A model generated the notes under the pieces. The model saw only the letters and a list, made by a program, of their open reading frames with translations, did no database searches and had not been told where the DNA came from. Below are positions 47,572 to 59,568 of a stretch of 64,000 nt of DNA, piece after piece. The position numbers and the translations under genes were made by a program. Origin of the DNA: Monocercomonoides exilis PA203 (Eukaryota > Protista > Preaxostyla); the NCBI GenBank assembly GCA_001643675.2, contig LSRY02000028.1, positions 434,001 through 498,000 of the forward strand, written 5' to 3'. The stretch's first letter is position 1. The number at the start of each line of letters is the position of its first letter.

Positions 47572-50500
47572 TGTGTTGTGGTTTTGTTTGTTCTAGTTAA
47601 ATTAAAGTTCTGATAACTTTAATTCTCCAAAACAAACGATCAAATATAATAGTGTGCGGGTTTTGCACCCAACAATAATACCTCTTGTTATGGGAGAATA
47701 AATAGTTGGGATTGTCATCTGTCAGCTTGAATGTGTCTTATTTCACTTGTCTGAATTGTTCTTATCGTTGTGTGCTCAATTCTGCTACAATTTTTAGTCG
47801 TTTCTTCTGTCTTTGAGTTTGGGTCGGGAGTGTTCGAGTCTTTGGAGAGTTCTGGAGGAGACTGATGTTGAAATGAAATATTCGTTTGTTAGATGGTTGT
47901 TGAGTAAGATGGATTGGCTGTTGGCGGGGAAGCGAGCGGAAATGTGGAACTTGGGTTGAATAGTGTGAGGTTCGTTTGGTTCTTCAGTTGGAGGGATATC
48001 AGGGCATGGGCAGTGCTGGATGTGATGTTGGTTCTGAAGAAAGATAGAGTGTGAGTGTGGGCTATTAGGGAGAGGCTTGCATTTCTGGCTATTGGAACTT
48101 CCGGCACTTCCTTTTAAGTCAAGGCAGAAATGGCTGCATGCTTGATTGTGTAAGGTCTGAATTTTTGTGGGATCCCCACTTGTGTCATTCCTTGCCACAC
48201 TAGTTTCCTGATTCCTGATGTTTTGAATGGAGTGTGTTGAGTTGAATTCAGCAAGAAGGTGTCTCTTGACTCGTTCGTTCTCCGAACTCTCTCCCAAAAG
48301 CAATCTACTGCTCTTGCAGGGCAAATCTTTTCGTCGGCTTCACCTAAGAAGGGGATTGAAAAGAAACTCTGTGGAATTGAGGTTTTGATGTGCGTGTGGA
48401 TGTGGATGGCATCGCAGCAGAATATCGACTGGCTCATTGATAGTACCTCTTGTTCGTGAAAGCAGTAGGCTGTGAATGGAACATGAAGTGGAATGCACTT
48501 CACTGAAAGCTCAAAGAACGATAGATCCGTGTCACAAGGCCTTCATTCGTTGAAACCAAAATTCAAGGATGGAGACCATATGTGTGTGTGAAAGGTCTCC
48601 TGAGGAAGTGAGAATCGGATAATGAGTGGAAAATTGTCTTTATGATTGGTATTTGGACAATATCATCTCCATAACTTAGTCTGGAGAATAGGTTCATTGC
48701 AGCTCTTGTGGCACTTAAGCATGTGTTGGTGAATCCAATCTCCTTCAGGTTATCAAAGAGCATGGCACATCTTCTGTTCCACTCTCCTTAATCCCTCGGA
48801 AATTCTCCATATTTTTCCTCTGTCCATATATGTCCAACATGTGCGATACCAAAGGTGTAAGCTGTCCATCTTGAAGGTGAAACACTGTTCTTGGTCTCTG
48901 CGATCAGTGATTGAGGAACTCCGCATTTCTGTAAGCTGCTGATCCACCACAGTTCTCCGCTCTGTGCTACCAGTTGAGTCTTGCTGCTAAGCAAGGTACA
49001 GGTTGGAGTGATGCTCCCGACTTCCTCATTCCTGGCCCTGCCCTCAATACTCTTTTCGAAGTACTCCGTCTCATGGAAGATGTTGTAATCTCCTTTAGCA
49101 GCGGGGTTCAAACCTAATTCCTTCAGGCTGAAAGAAAAATGACTGCTCTCTCATGTCACTCCAGAATCTTTCTCAAACAAGGGAGGATCAGAGGTGTCGG
49201 TGGATTAACAAGGGTTATTGCTCCTTCCCAATCTTCTTTCAGACTATCCTCTTGCTCCAGGCTTTTTTGTCCCAACAAAGTCATTGTTTTCCTGTTCCTC
49301 TCACTTTCGAAGGCATCCAGCTTGATGTTCACGTCCAAGGTTCTTTCTTGAAGTTGAAGCGCTTCCTCTGTTTTCTCGTAATCTCACACGCGTTGGAGCG
49401 TTGACAACGTGACTGCTGTCCTGTTCTTCACTCCTTGAAGGCGAATCTCCCTCATCTGAATATTCCATTCTGTTGTCATCTTTCGGATTTTCCTCAGAAG
49501 AGATAGAAGATTCGGTCACCCTGTCCAACAATTGATGTCGTTAACCACTGTCGTGTTGTCCGATCTAAGCAAGATTGTGTGAATGTGGTGTCCAAGGATT
49601 TGGGGGATGAAGTGCTTGAGTCCCATCAAGACAGCTAACATCACCTAAAAGTTGGAGAATTGGCTGAAAAAGGCCTTGTTGAAAGATTGGTGGAACTGGA
49701 ACATGTTCTTTTCGATTTTCAGCGTGACACCATCAGCACGGAGGTCTGCATCCGTTGTTTGAACAGCATCCGGAGTCGTATATGAAGTCCAAGTTCTCTG
49801 TTCCTGTATTCCTAATTTGAGTTTCAATTCGCTTATCCAATTGATGATCAAGGGATTGACCTTCGTATTCCCATTTCATCCTTCCTTCGAAACAGCTCTG
49901 TTGAGTTCCTTGTTAAATCTGTTCATTTGAAGAGATCCATCCTTTTCAACGAAACTTGTTGCACTGACAAAACCAACAAACGATTCTAAGCTCCTGATTC
50001 AAACTTCATCATTTCTTCTTGCAAGTGTCATTTGCCGTTTGCATTCCTTCCTCAGGAACCCGCATCTCTTTTGTTCCAGGCTGACTTTGCACATCTTCGA
50101 ACTCCATATCCATCTCAGGAAGTTGAAGGTTTTCTTCAATTGAAGTTTGCTCTTGCAGAAGTTAACCTGCAGTCTAAGCCTTTCTTGCCATCCAGTTATT
50201 TCCTTCGTTGCTGCATGAAGGATGTTTGCGTCTTGATGAAAGAACATAATATTGTTCGGGCAATCCACGCAGCGCAGACACCATTTGTTTCGTATTTCTT
50301 GTATCACCTTCCTCAAAACGAGTATGAATATACAGCGTGGGTCCTTGTGGCTGAATGTCTTCCCTACGGAAGCATGGATTTTATCTCTGAAACTACTGTG
50401 GTGGAAAAGTCCTCCTTTTATGTCAGTTTTTCCAACGTTCTGTGGCCTTCCATCTTGAAGTGGATTCCATTCCCTCCACTGTTGAGAGGTCTGAAGTCGA

Positions 50501-51473
50501 AAATGTATCTGCATTTTCCGTTCTTTTTCTTCACAAAGAAAAAGGTTCTCAGACATATGGCTGTATCTGGTTTCAGCTGAACGAGGCCTTCGTTGTAAGG
50601 ACCTCCTATAAACACTTCGCGCATTCATCCTCCTTTTTTGCTTGGATCCAACAAACCAACTGTAACACTCTTCCTCATGCCTTCCTTAGATGCTCTCTTG
50701 CACACGTTCCTTTCCATTCAGGTGAGATTCTCTCCATTATGATACTGTGAAACTCAATGGAATCCCACTCTTCGACGTCAAGCTGTAACAGTCCGCTGAC
50801 ACTTTTCTTCTCCAAGCTCCTGGAGCTTTCATCTGCTGAACCATTCTTTGTGCAGTTCTGCTTGTCTTTCTTTCTCCTTATGTCCTTCCTTTGAAGGCGA
50901 ATCTTTGAAAAAAAATGGATTCCTGTTTGTTGAGCACTGATTATGGCTTCCCTTTTTGTATATTTTTCCTTTAACATATGTTTGATCTTTGATTATCATG
51001 TATTCTTGTATGTGTTGATGTTCTGGTGGATTAATGGTGTGGAAACAACGGACTCATATTGTTCAACCGTTGCGACTAAGTCTGCTGAATCAGTGTGAAG
51101 ATCGAATAAAGAGGAATTGATGCTGTCGTTAAATAAAGCCGCGCAAAGAAAAGAAAACGATGGAACTTGGCTTTCTATTCGATCTGTTTGTGTCTGTTGT
51201 GAAGTCGCTGGGAATTGGAAGAAAATCAGAGTACTGCTTGAGGATGAAGGCTGAGTTAACCCCACACAGATCGTTGATCTGCTGAGGGAAAAAACACCAC
51301 TTGGTTCATATGTGGGTACTGCTGTTGAAACATCCATGTCAATGATCTGGAAAGCACCAGATACCAAAATATAGCTCCTTCCTCCCAAATCAATAGGTGT
51401 TGAAGTTGATCGTTTGTTCTGGAGAATTAAGGAACTCTGTTCTTTAATTTGTTTGTTTTTCTTGAACAACACA
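47572..51473 (-). mobile_element. Decayed DIRS-type tyrosine-recombinase retrotransposon
   Basis: In order on the minus strand: RT (FFVKKKNGKCRYIFDFRPLN..HFKMEG), RNase H (TTDA), methyltransferase-like (LDAF...N, LVNPP.PLI...LRKI) and YR (ICPARAV, FRPYTIKHAAISAL). Inverted ends 47619-47643 and 51406-51430 match at 24/25. Many frameshifts. Confidence 0.88.
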
Positions 51474-53687
51474 ATAGTTAAATATTACTATTTTTCTAAT
51501 GGAAATAAATAAATATATATATATATCGCATGAAGCTCTGTTATTTGTTAATTTTTTTAAATCCATCTTTATTGTGAAAAAATGAATATTTTTTTACAAA
51601 TTTGAAAAAACTTTTCAAGAAATTTTGCATTGTTTCACTAATAATAATTTATTACTAGAATAATTCCTAATGATGAACGAAAAATATTTTTTATTGGAAA
51701 AAGAATATTCAATTTCGAAACGAAATTTTTTTTGTTTGTGGAATAAACAACATATGTTTGTTGGTTAAAATTCTCTTGACTTTTATCTCATCAGAACTCT
51801 TAATTTATCAATATTGATAAAATGCATTCGTTTTGATTGAAATTTTTTTATTTTAGTGATTTTGAAAAGAAAATGAATTCATTTTGGTATAAAAATTGAT
51901 GTTTTTCTGATTAACACCAAAGAAATAATAAAATTTAGTTGGGAAAAAAATTCTTATCTTGTTATAAAACAAATGTGATCGATAATTTGATCTTTTCACA
52001 AGATTATACAAAAAAATGAATCGATTTTCAATTAATTTATTATTTGAATGATGATTTTTGAAATTGAAAGAAAAAATCAAAAATTAGATCTGTTTATTGA
52101 AAGTGTTAATAATGATGGTCACTTTCAACGACTGTGGATAGTTGCATTTTTTCAACAATAATTGATGGTTATATTAATATGGGTGATTATTTTCGAAATC
52201 ATAACTTTTTACGGAGTTATGATTTATCAAAGTTTTTATTTTTTTGCAGAGGAATTATTCATTCGAAAGAAAAAAGAAAGAAAGTTGAAAACAAAACTTA
52301 TGGGGCAGAATATTTTGCTTCAGGTATTTTCAATGAAATATTATGCACTTTTCATTAACTTTTTGAGATCAAAAAACACAATAAAAATTGGTATATTTTT
52401 ATAACATTCATGAAATGTTAGAAAACTTTATGTTTTGATTTCAATGATGCCTATTTAAGGATATGAAAATCAAATTTTTTTCAAAATCTGAGAAAGGGAA
52501 ATAAAGTTTTGAAAAAAGCAAATTTCCAATGCTTTGTGCAAAAGAAAAACTTGAAAGTCTATATTTTCCTCCTTATGTTCGAGATTTAATTCATGAAAAA
52601 ATAATCTTTGAAAGAAGGAATGACTTTTCTGTGTCCATTAATAAATATTCAAAGTGAATTTTCAAACCGAACTTAATGTTAGGAAAAATATGGATTCAAA
52701 AATAATCACCGATGTAATAAATCCAACTATTCCCTCATTGAATTTGAACCAATATGAATTGTTTTAATCATTCATCCAAATTAATAAAATCATATAAAAA
52801 CTATTTTTCATTTTCGGAGAAACTCGGAGAATCTTATTTTTCCCAGTTTCTCTGAAAATTTGGGTGAAAATTTTTGAAAAATCACTTTTTTTTAGCCTGA
52901 TCTGTCCCACAAAAAATAAAAAAATTACGTTAATACGTAATTTTTTCATTTAAAATTAATAAACTCTTTTTTTCTCTATGGAAAAGTTTGGAGTTTTTTT
53001 ATTTTCAATATTCTTTGTTAACATTAACAGATGAACACAATAAATGAACTATTTTATTGTTTGTTTTTGTTGTTCAACTGAAACACGTAAATTTCAAATA
53101 TTTTCATTTGTCTATTTCAGTGCAATAATTTTTGCTTATCTTTAATTTGAGAAACAACAATGATTATCAATAAAACTTCATTGAGCAAATGAAGAGATTA
53201 TTAGTTAGCTTTATATTCGTTGATTTAGACATTTTAATTATTTCTTTTTTTCAACTTTGACGCTTTAAACATAACAAAAAGCATACTCAGACAATTTGCT
53301 TAAAACTTATTTGAATTTTAACTTTAAAGAAATTGATGATCGTTGTATATTCAAGTAAAAAATAACACAACTGATGATCTATATTTTAAGTTCTAATTTG
53401 TTATTGAAAATGAGACAACAATGGAATGAAAATAAATTAAAAGAGTATTTTCAAACAGTCATCACACGAAGACTGCAATCTGCTTGATTTATTTTAACTT
53501 TCATCATTTTCTTTAATTGGAGCAGCACGCATATAACTTTTGCATTCTTCCATTTTCGATATCCTAAGAAAGGAAGAAGAAGTTAGTATTCATCATGATA
53601 GGTACCTGTTATTGATTAATCTAATATATTGGTCGTGTCCGCATAAAACTTGTCGGAGGTTGCAATGGATAATATGGAGAGAAGGCT

Positions 53688-54578
53688 GTGGTGTTTGAGT
53701 GGAAAATGCAGCTCTTGCTGCTTCTGCAGCTGTTGCTAATGCTGATTCTGTCTCCTCTGACTCCTTATGTTCTTCATGGGCTATTCTGTGGCGCGGAGTG
53801 TGGTGCTGCATGGGGGTGTTGTGTGTGCACACGATGTGGCGCTTTCGGTGATGTTTTTGATTTCGCTGGTGGAGCCGCTTCCGTCGCTTGCAGCGTCTGT
53901 GATCACGAAGTCGGGGAGCAAGCGGATTTTTGCAGCGGCAGATGTGAATGCGTTCCCATCGATCTACGATCTGTTTGACCCGTCGCTGCAAATATGGCGA
54001 TCGCAACAGTCGAGGCGTGTGGAGGTGAAACTGGACGAGGAAGTGATGAAGTGATGGGGCGAGGGGTTTCAGTGTGTGAAGTCGGGGAGATTGTGGAGAA
54101 AGGGTTGGATGCGTCGGGGTTAAGGATGGAGGATGCGGTTCTGTCACTTGCAGCGATTGTGCTGAATTGCTGGAGGAAAGAAAAGAAGAAGAAGAAGAAG
54201 TTGCAAAAGGAAAAGGAGGCGAATCGGATGAGCGGGCTGGTGGAGCAGCTGCAACAGAAGGCAAATATTATCTGGATGAATCAGAGGAAGATTTCGGAGC
54301 TGTGCAAGAAGTTTAACGAAAATGTTAAGAATGTGAAGGAGGTGAAGGAGCTGCTTGTGGCGATGAGGGAGAAGGTGGAGCTGATTGATGTGGGGATGGA
54401 GAAGGAGAAGAAGATAAAGATGATTTTCGGTAAGAATGAGAAATTGCAGTTGGATAAGATGAAGTCGAAAGCATCCTTATTTCTGGTGTTTTTGCTGAAT
54501 TACTTCAAGGCAGAGAAAGAGATGCGAAAAAGGCTCAGAAGGCTCCGTTCGATCCCATATGTTCTGGGGATGCGTTAA
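53688..54578 (+). pseudogene. Coding-like, higher-GC fragment (coiled-coil hypothetical), probably disrupted
   Basis: Adjacent ORFs 53688-53978 and 53994-54578 with coding-like composition. No motif recognised. Confidence 0.35.
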
Positions 54579-55419
54579 TATCTTCTTTATCAGAGGCAGC
54601 TTGAAGAGGATTCGCATAAGACGAAATAGAGTATTTTCTGATTGTTTCATCCGCAGACATTGCCAGAGCTGTTGCTTTTTATTTTTCTGGCAGAGTTTCT
54701 GTTGTTTGGGTGCAGCTTTCCATCATTTGTGACTGTTCTTGAGGTGCGCCATCGCAAAGACTTCTTCGCATTATACCTGCAAATGCTGGATTTGTGCGAT
54801 GCTATTGATCTGTGAGCTTTTCTAACGGAGTCTAAGAACAGAGCGTTTGTGAAGAAGGTGAGTCACATCTTTGCATTGCTGAACCGGAGCTGTATGATAG
54901 GGTGCTGACGCTTTCTTGTGTGTCGGCGGGTGCAGGTGTTGAAATCTGGTTGAAGCGACTGGCGAAGGCTGTTCTGTAGGTTGCGGCAAAGAATCAAGAG
55001 TGGTTAATGTTGCTCCAATTGGTGCGGAAGCTGGTGGAGTTTGCAGCGCTGAAGGGGAAAGAAGAAGCAGAGGAAAAAGGAGGAATTGTTTGCGATTCCT
55101 CCATATTTTTTCCATCAGCAGAAGGATAGTTTTTCATCTGAAAGAGAAAAACAAAATGGAAACCGATGCGATACTGGAAAAGAGTTGTGAGAAGAGAACG
55201 TGGAGCGAATGTGAACGAGAACATGGAATGAACTTTTGGAGTCAGATGGGGAATTTTTGCATTTTGAATCAGGCATGGAGGCAGACGTGATATAAGTTAA
55301 TTCAGTAATTGAGGAGAATGAGCAACTGCAAAAAGACGATTGGTATGTTTTCAGTTTCGCATTTTATGTTGTGGATAAGAAGGATTCTGAGAGGATGAAT
55401 TCAGTTGAATTTTGTGTTT

Positions 55420-57580
55420 CTTCTTCAGCGTCTTTGCCAGCGTTCCAATGAGTATTGTATTTTCTGTTTGAAGGAATTGAGGTTTCAATTGAAACAATTT
55501 CCTTCTACGCTGCCCTGGGCCGGAAGCTTTACATTCGAAAGCTTCATTTTCTGATTCTGTAAATTTATCTTTTTCTTTCTATTCCAATAGCTATTAAATA
55601 ATTCATAGCTGTTCTTTCTATCCCCCCAAAGGCACAGCTGGAAATCGTCGTTGAAATTTTATTTGTCGAAGTTAGTGAAAACAACGAAACAGCAAAGTTC
55701 GTCTTCACCCAATTCATGTTTTCCATTTTAAATACCCCATTCAGAACTTTGATCAGTTCTGTTGAAAAAGCTGTTTGTTCAAAGTGTTCGCTTCCAACAG
55801 ATTTGGTCAACCTGATGATGCTCAGATCTCCTGTTCCAGTAATTTCAAATAGTTTTTCTCTTTGAATATAAGCATGTGGCGAGTCGCACAAAAGAATAAG
55901 ATCGCTGACAGTCAATAAGCCTGTAGAAACCGAAAATAGAGATAAGCCGGATTCTTCAAAAACTGTTTGTATTTCTATGCTCATATCACTTTGGCAAAAA
56001 ACAGTGAAACTGCTGGCCCACAATCAAAACTATTTGTTTCGATTATTGTCCCATTGAGTATCTCTATATCAGCGACAAATAATGGAATCCTAGGTTCTGT
56101 TTGTACTGAGGAGACAAATCTGATTCTTCCAAAATCGTTTCGAAGCCATTCACTTTGATCAACAATGGAATATAAGTCTGTACTAACTCTGTTTCCTGTT
56201 TGCCTTGTTGAATAGCAACTTGGATCAATGTTGTTTTCTGTTGAATTATGGAGAGCAATGTCATTTCCTCCTGCTCCGCATGTATTATTTTGGAAAAAGC
56301 AGTAATAAAGCAATATTCCGTTATTGTTTCTATTTATTAATAAACCAACAGCGCCTCCTCCACACATGGAATGACAATTACGGAACAAATAATTTGAAAT
56401 GATTGCTTTGTCTATGGAAGTTCAATGTTGAATGGCACCTCCAGCTGATCCAGTTGAATGATTTGCTTGGAACGAGACAAATAATGAATTGATAATGCAT
56501 CGCTTTTTTCTTTCAGTTTTTGTTAGTCGAATATTAATTGCTCCTCCGTCGTCACCTGAAGAACAGTTTTTAAAGTTGCAATCATCGACCATTGACTGGA
56601 GATGCACATGCTCTGCAATAATTCCTCCTCCTCCAAAGTCAGAGGTGACTTGTGCTGAGCATTGGACGAATGTTGAGCATCGCACAATACATTCTGCAAT
56701 CTTCAAAGCATATATTCCGCCACCTCTTGTTGAAGAAATGCACCTTGAAAACGAACAATTTTCAACAGTCAGTATAGCATTTTCGCTGTTACGCACATTA
56801 AGAGCACCTCCTTGTGAAGAAGAACAATCAGTCCATTCACACAACGAAAAGGATTGGCTAACTGTCAAATTCATCTGACCATTTTTCTGAAGAGCATTCA
56901 TTTCTCTTTTCCCGTTGCTTATCGTTGTGTTTCTGCAGATGAATTCTTCTGACGAAAATGATCCATCTGAGATCCCTCCTTCAAACACATTCACACACGA
57001 ATAAATGAGGCAGCCCTCCATTGAACTCAACAAGCATGAATGCTCCATTTGGTAATCACTGTTCTTTATTTGTTTAACAGAAATATTCCTGTAGGCACAG
57101 TCAAAAATTTGTTCACTTTTGCTCTTTTCAGTCAACAGAAAATAGTATGATGATGAAACAGTCAGATCTGTAACGATGGATACTTTTAAAAACGTTTGAA
57201 TTTGAATTATGAGAAGAAAATACAAGATCAGAAGAGCAAACTTTTTTTGGAGGATCATACATGTGTTTGTGTGCAGATTGACATAATATGAAAATGAATT
57301 GGAGATGTGGTTTTATTGTGGAAAAACAAGAATTCTGCATAAGCATTGATTTGGTTGTACTTAGCATCAAAAATGAAGACAAGCGTTCACACATCACATT
57401 AAACAATTCATCTGAAAAATGTTAAATGCAATAAATAAGTAATTTAGATCAATTGAAACAAACTTTTATTGCAGGTCTTTAGAAAAGCACTCTGTCCTTA
57501 GTAAATTCTGTGAAGAGGTTTTCTTCTGAAATTAATATCTTCTTGGATTCGTTTGTTTCAATAAAAACATTATTCATTTT
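55420..57580 (-). pseudogene. Fragmented beta-helix repeat protein (GGA/CxFxxC family), pseudogene
   Basis: Successive ORFs 56422-57258, 55981-56388 and 55565-56023 in shifting frames, with SQGGAL, RGGGIY, DDGGAI and GGNDI motifs. Confidence 0.7.
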
Positions 57581-58074
57581 GATCAAAATATGCAATAAAA
57601 ATTCAATTATTATTTTTGTTTTCAGACATCATCATGGCGTGTTGGAATGAAAATTTATTCAACGAAAAAATGAACTTAAAGCGTTTCAAAGAAAAAGAAA
57701 TTTGATGAATAATACTATTATGGTATCTCATTTTTGATCTGTGGTGATTTTTCAAAAATTTTCACCCATTTGATTGAAAAATGAAATTTTTATTTTATTA
57801 GAAAATTTATCAAAAGGAACTTTTCAAAAAATTTTCGACATATGAAATAAAACTCGTTACAAAATTTATTTTTTCATATTTTCATTTTTTCCCAATATTT
57901 TATGTTTTCGTATTTTCCAGTGATAATAACTTTTTGGGCGATGTGTAAAGTGCAATTTCCGGTTCATCACACAGATAAAATTTTGTTGATCAACTTATTT
58001 TCTTTTTTGTTTTTTATTCTATTTTACAAAAAATAATTACCAAATACGAATGATCATAACCACTATTAAAAATT

Positions 58075-59385
58075 ATGGAAAAATACACAAAATTTGAAGA
58101 TCATTCTACAGGAATTAACCCTTTTTTACCTAATAATCCAGAAAAAGAAAAAAGTGTTTTTTCTTTACCAGATAAATTAAAAATCGGTTTTTTTGGATGG
58201 ATTTTAATAATTTGTCGAACACCATTCCTTGTTTTATTTCTAACTTTGTGGTGTATTTTGAGAATATTATTTTCAATTGTATGGAAAGCATTTATTTTTG
58301 ACAAAATTCTAAGAAAGTTTTTTTTAAATGAAAAATTACACAGATTCCTGTTTATTTTTTGAAAAGAAGATTGATACGATTTGTTGACAAAACATTTGGT
58401 CGTATTATACTCTGGCTTTACGGATTTTTACACTTACAAAAGAAAAAAGCAGTGTTAACAAGAGGAAAGTTTGCTAATAATTTTTGAACAGCATTTTCAT
58501 TATTCAAATATTTTTATTTCAAGACCTGATGGCTATAAAATCGGTGATCGCGCACTAATTCCAGATAAAGATTCATTGATTTTAACAAATCATGTATCTT
58601 TTATCGATGTTATTTATCTGACTATGCGCTATTCTCCAAAATTTGCTTTTATTTCCAGTCCGTTAACTGAAGCTAATTCCGTATGGAAAACAAAAAGATT
58701 AGAATTTTTTGAAATATTGCATTTTAAAATAGGAAGTTACTGTTTATTCATCCGGAGTCTTTGAAGCAATTCAAGCTGCTAAAGAACAAACTATTTTAAG
58801 AAACAAAACAGTATATTCTTTTTTGTTAACAGTCAATTTACATTTACAACTTGAAATTATTAGGGAATTTCTTTGAATCTTTTTATTAGTCAGAGCAAAG
58901 AACCAGTCGTTTGCTTTATGGAAGGCACCACGTCAAATGGAAGAGGAATGCTGCAACCTATTTTAGGTGCGTTTAACAACGTCAAACCTCAAAAAATATT
59001 TGCTTCTGCGCTCATGTGTGCAACTTTTTGCATGTAAAAATGTTATTTTATAAATTTAATTTTTTATTGACGTTATAAAAGATATGCAAAAACAAGTGAC
59101 TGCGTTCAGACGATGGAAACAGCATTTCAAATGGACTTAAAGCTGATGTCACAAGTTTCGCATTCTTTAACGGAAGCTTCTCTTCCGCCGCTTATTCTTA
59201 ATAATGATCGCATTTGTTCGAACAAGTCTTTGACTTCAAATAGCGATTTGGCATCTCCGAAAGATAATCTTATTGAACATATTAGAAAGCTTATATGCGA
59301 GGCTGCAAATATAAATTGGCTTCAAGTTTCTTATCTTAACAAATTACAATTTCAAGATTATTTGAAAAAGCAGAAAGATTCATGA
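58075..59385 (+). CDS. Lysophospholipid acyltransferase (Loa1/Vps66/LPCAT-like), multi-exon
   Basis: N-terminal MEKYTKFEDHSTGINPFLP, motif I NHVSFID and motif III FMEGTTSNGRGML. Confidence 0.85.
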
Positions 59386-59568
59386 ATTATCATTTTGTAG
59401 TTTTGAGAGCAGATTTCAAATTTAGTTTATTTGAAAATCTTTTACACAAATGTTCCACTTTACTTTATAAAAATTTATATTTATATTTCATTTATTTGAT
59501 AGATATGTATTTCAGCAACAAGCTCGAAATTGAACAATAAAATAAAAAGGGTTAAAGATCAATTTGGA

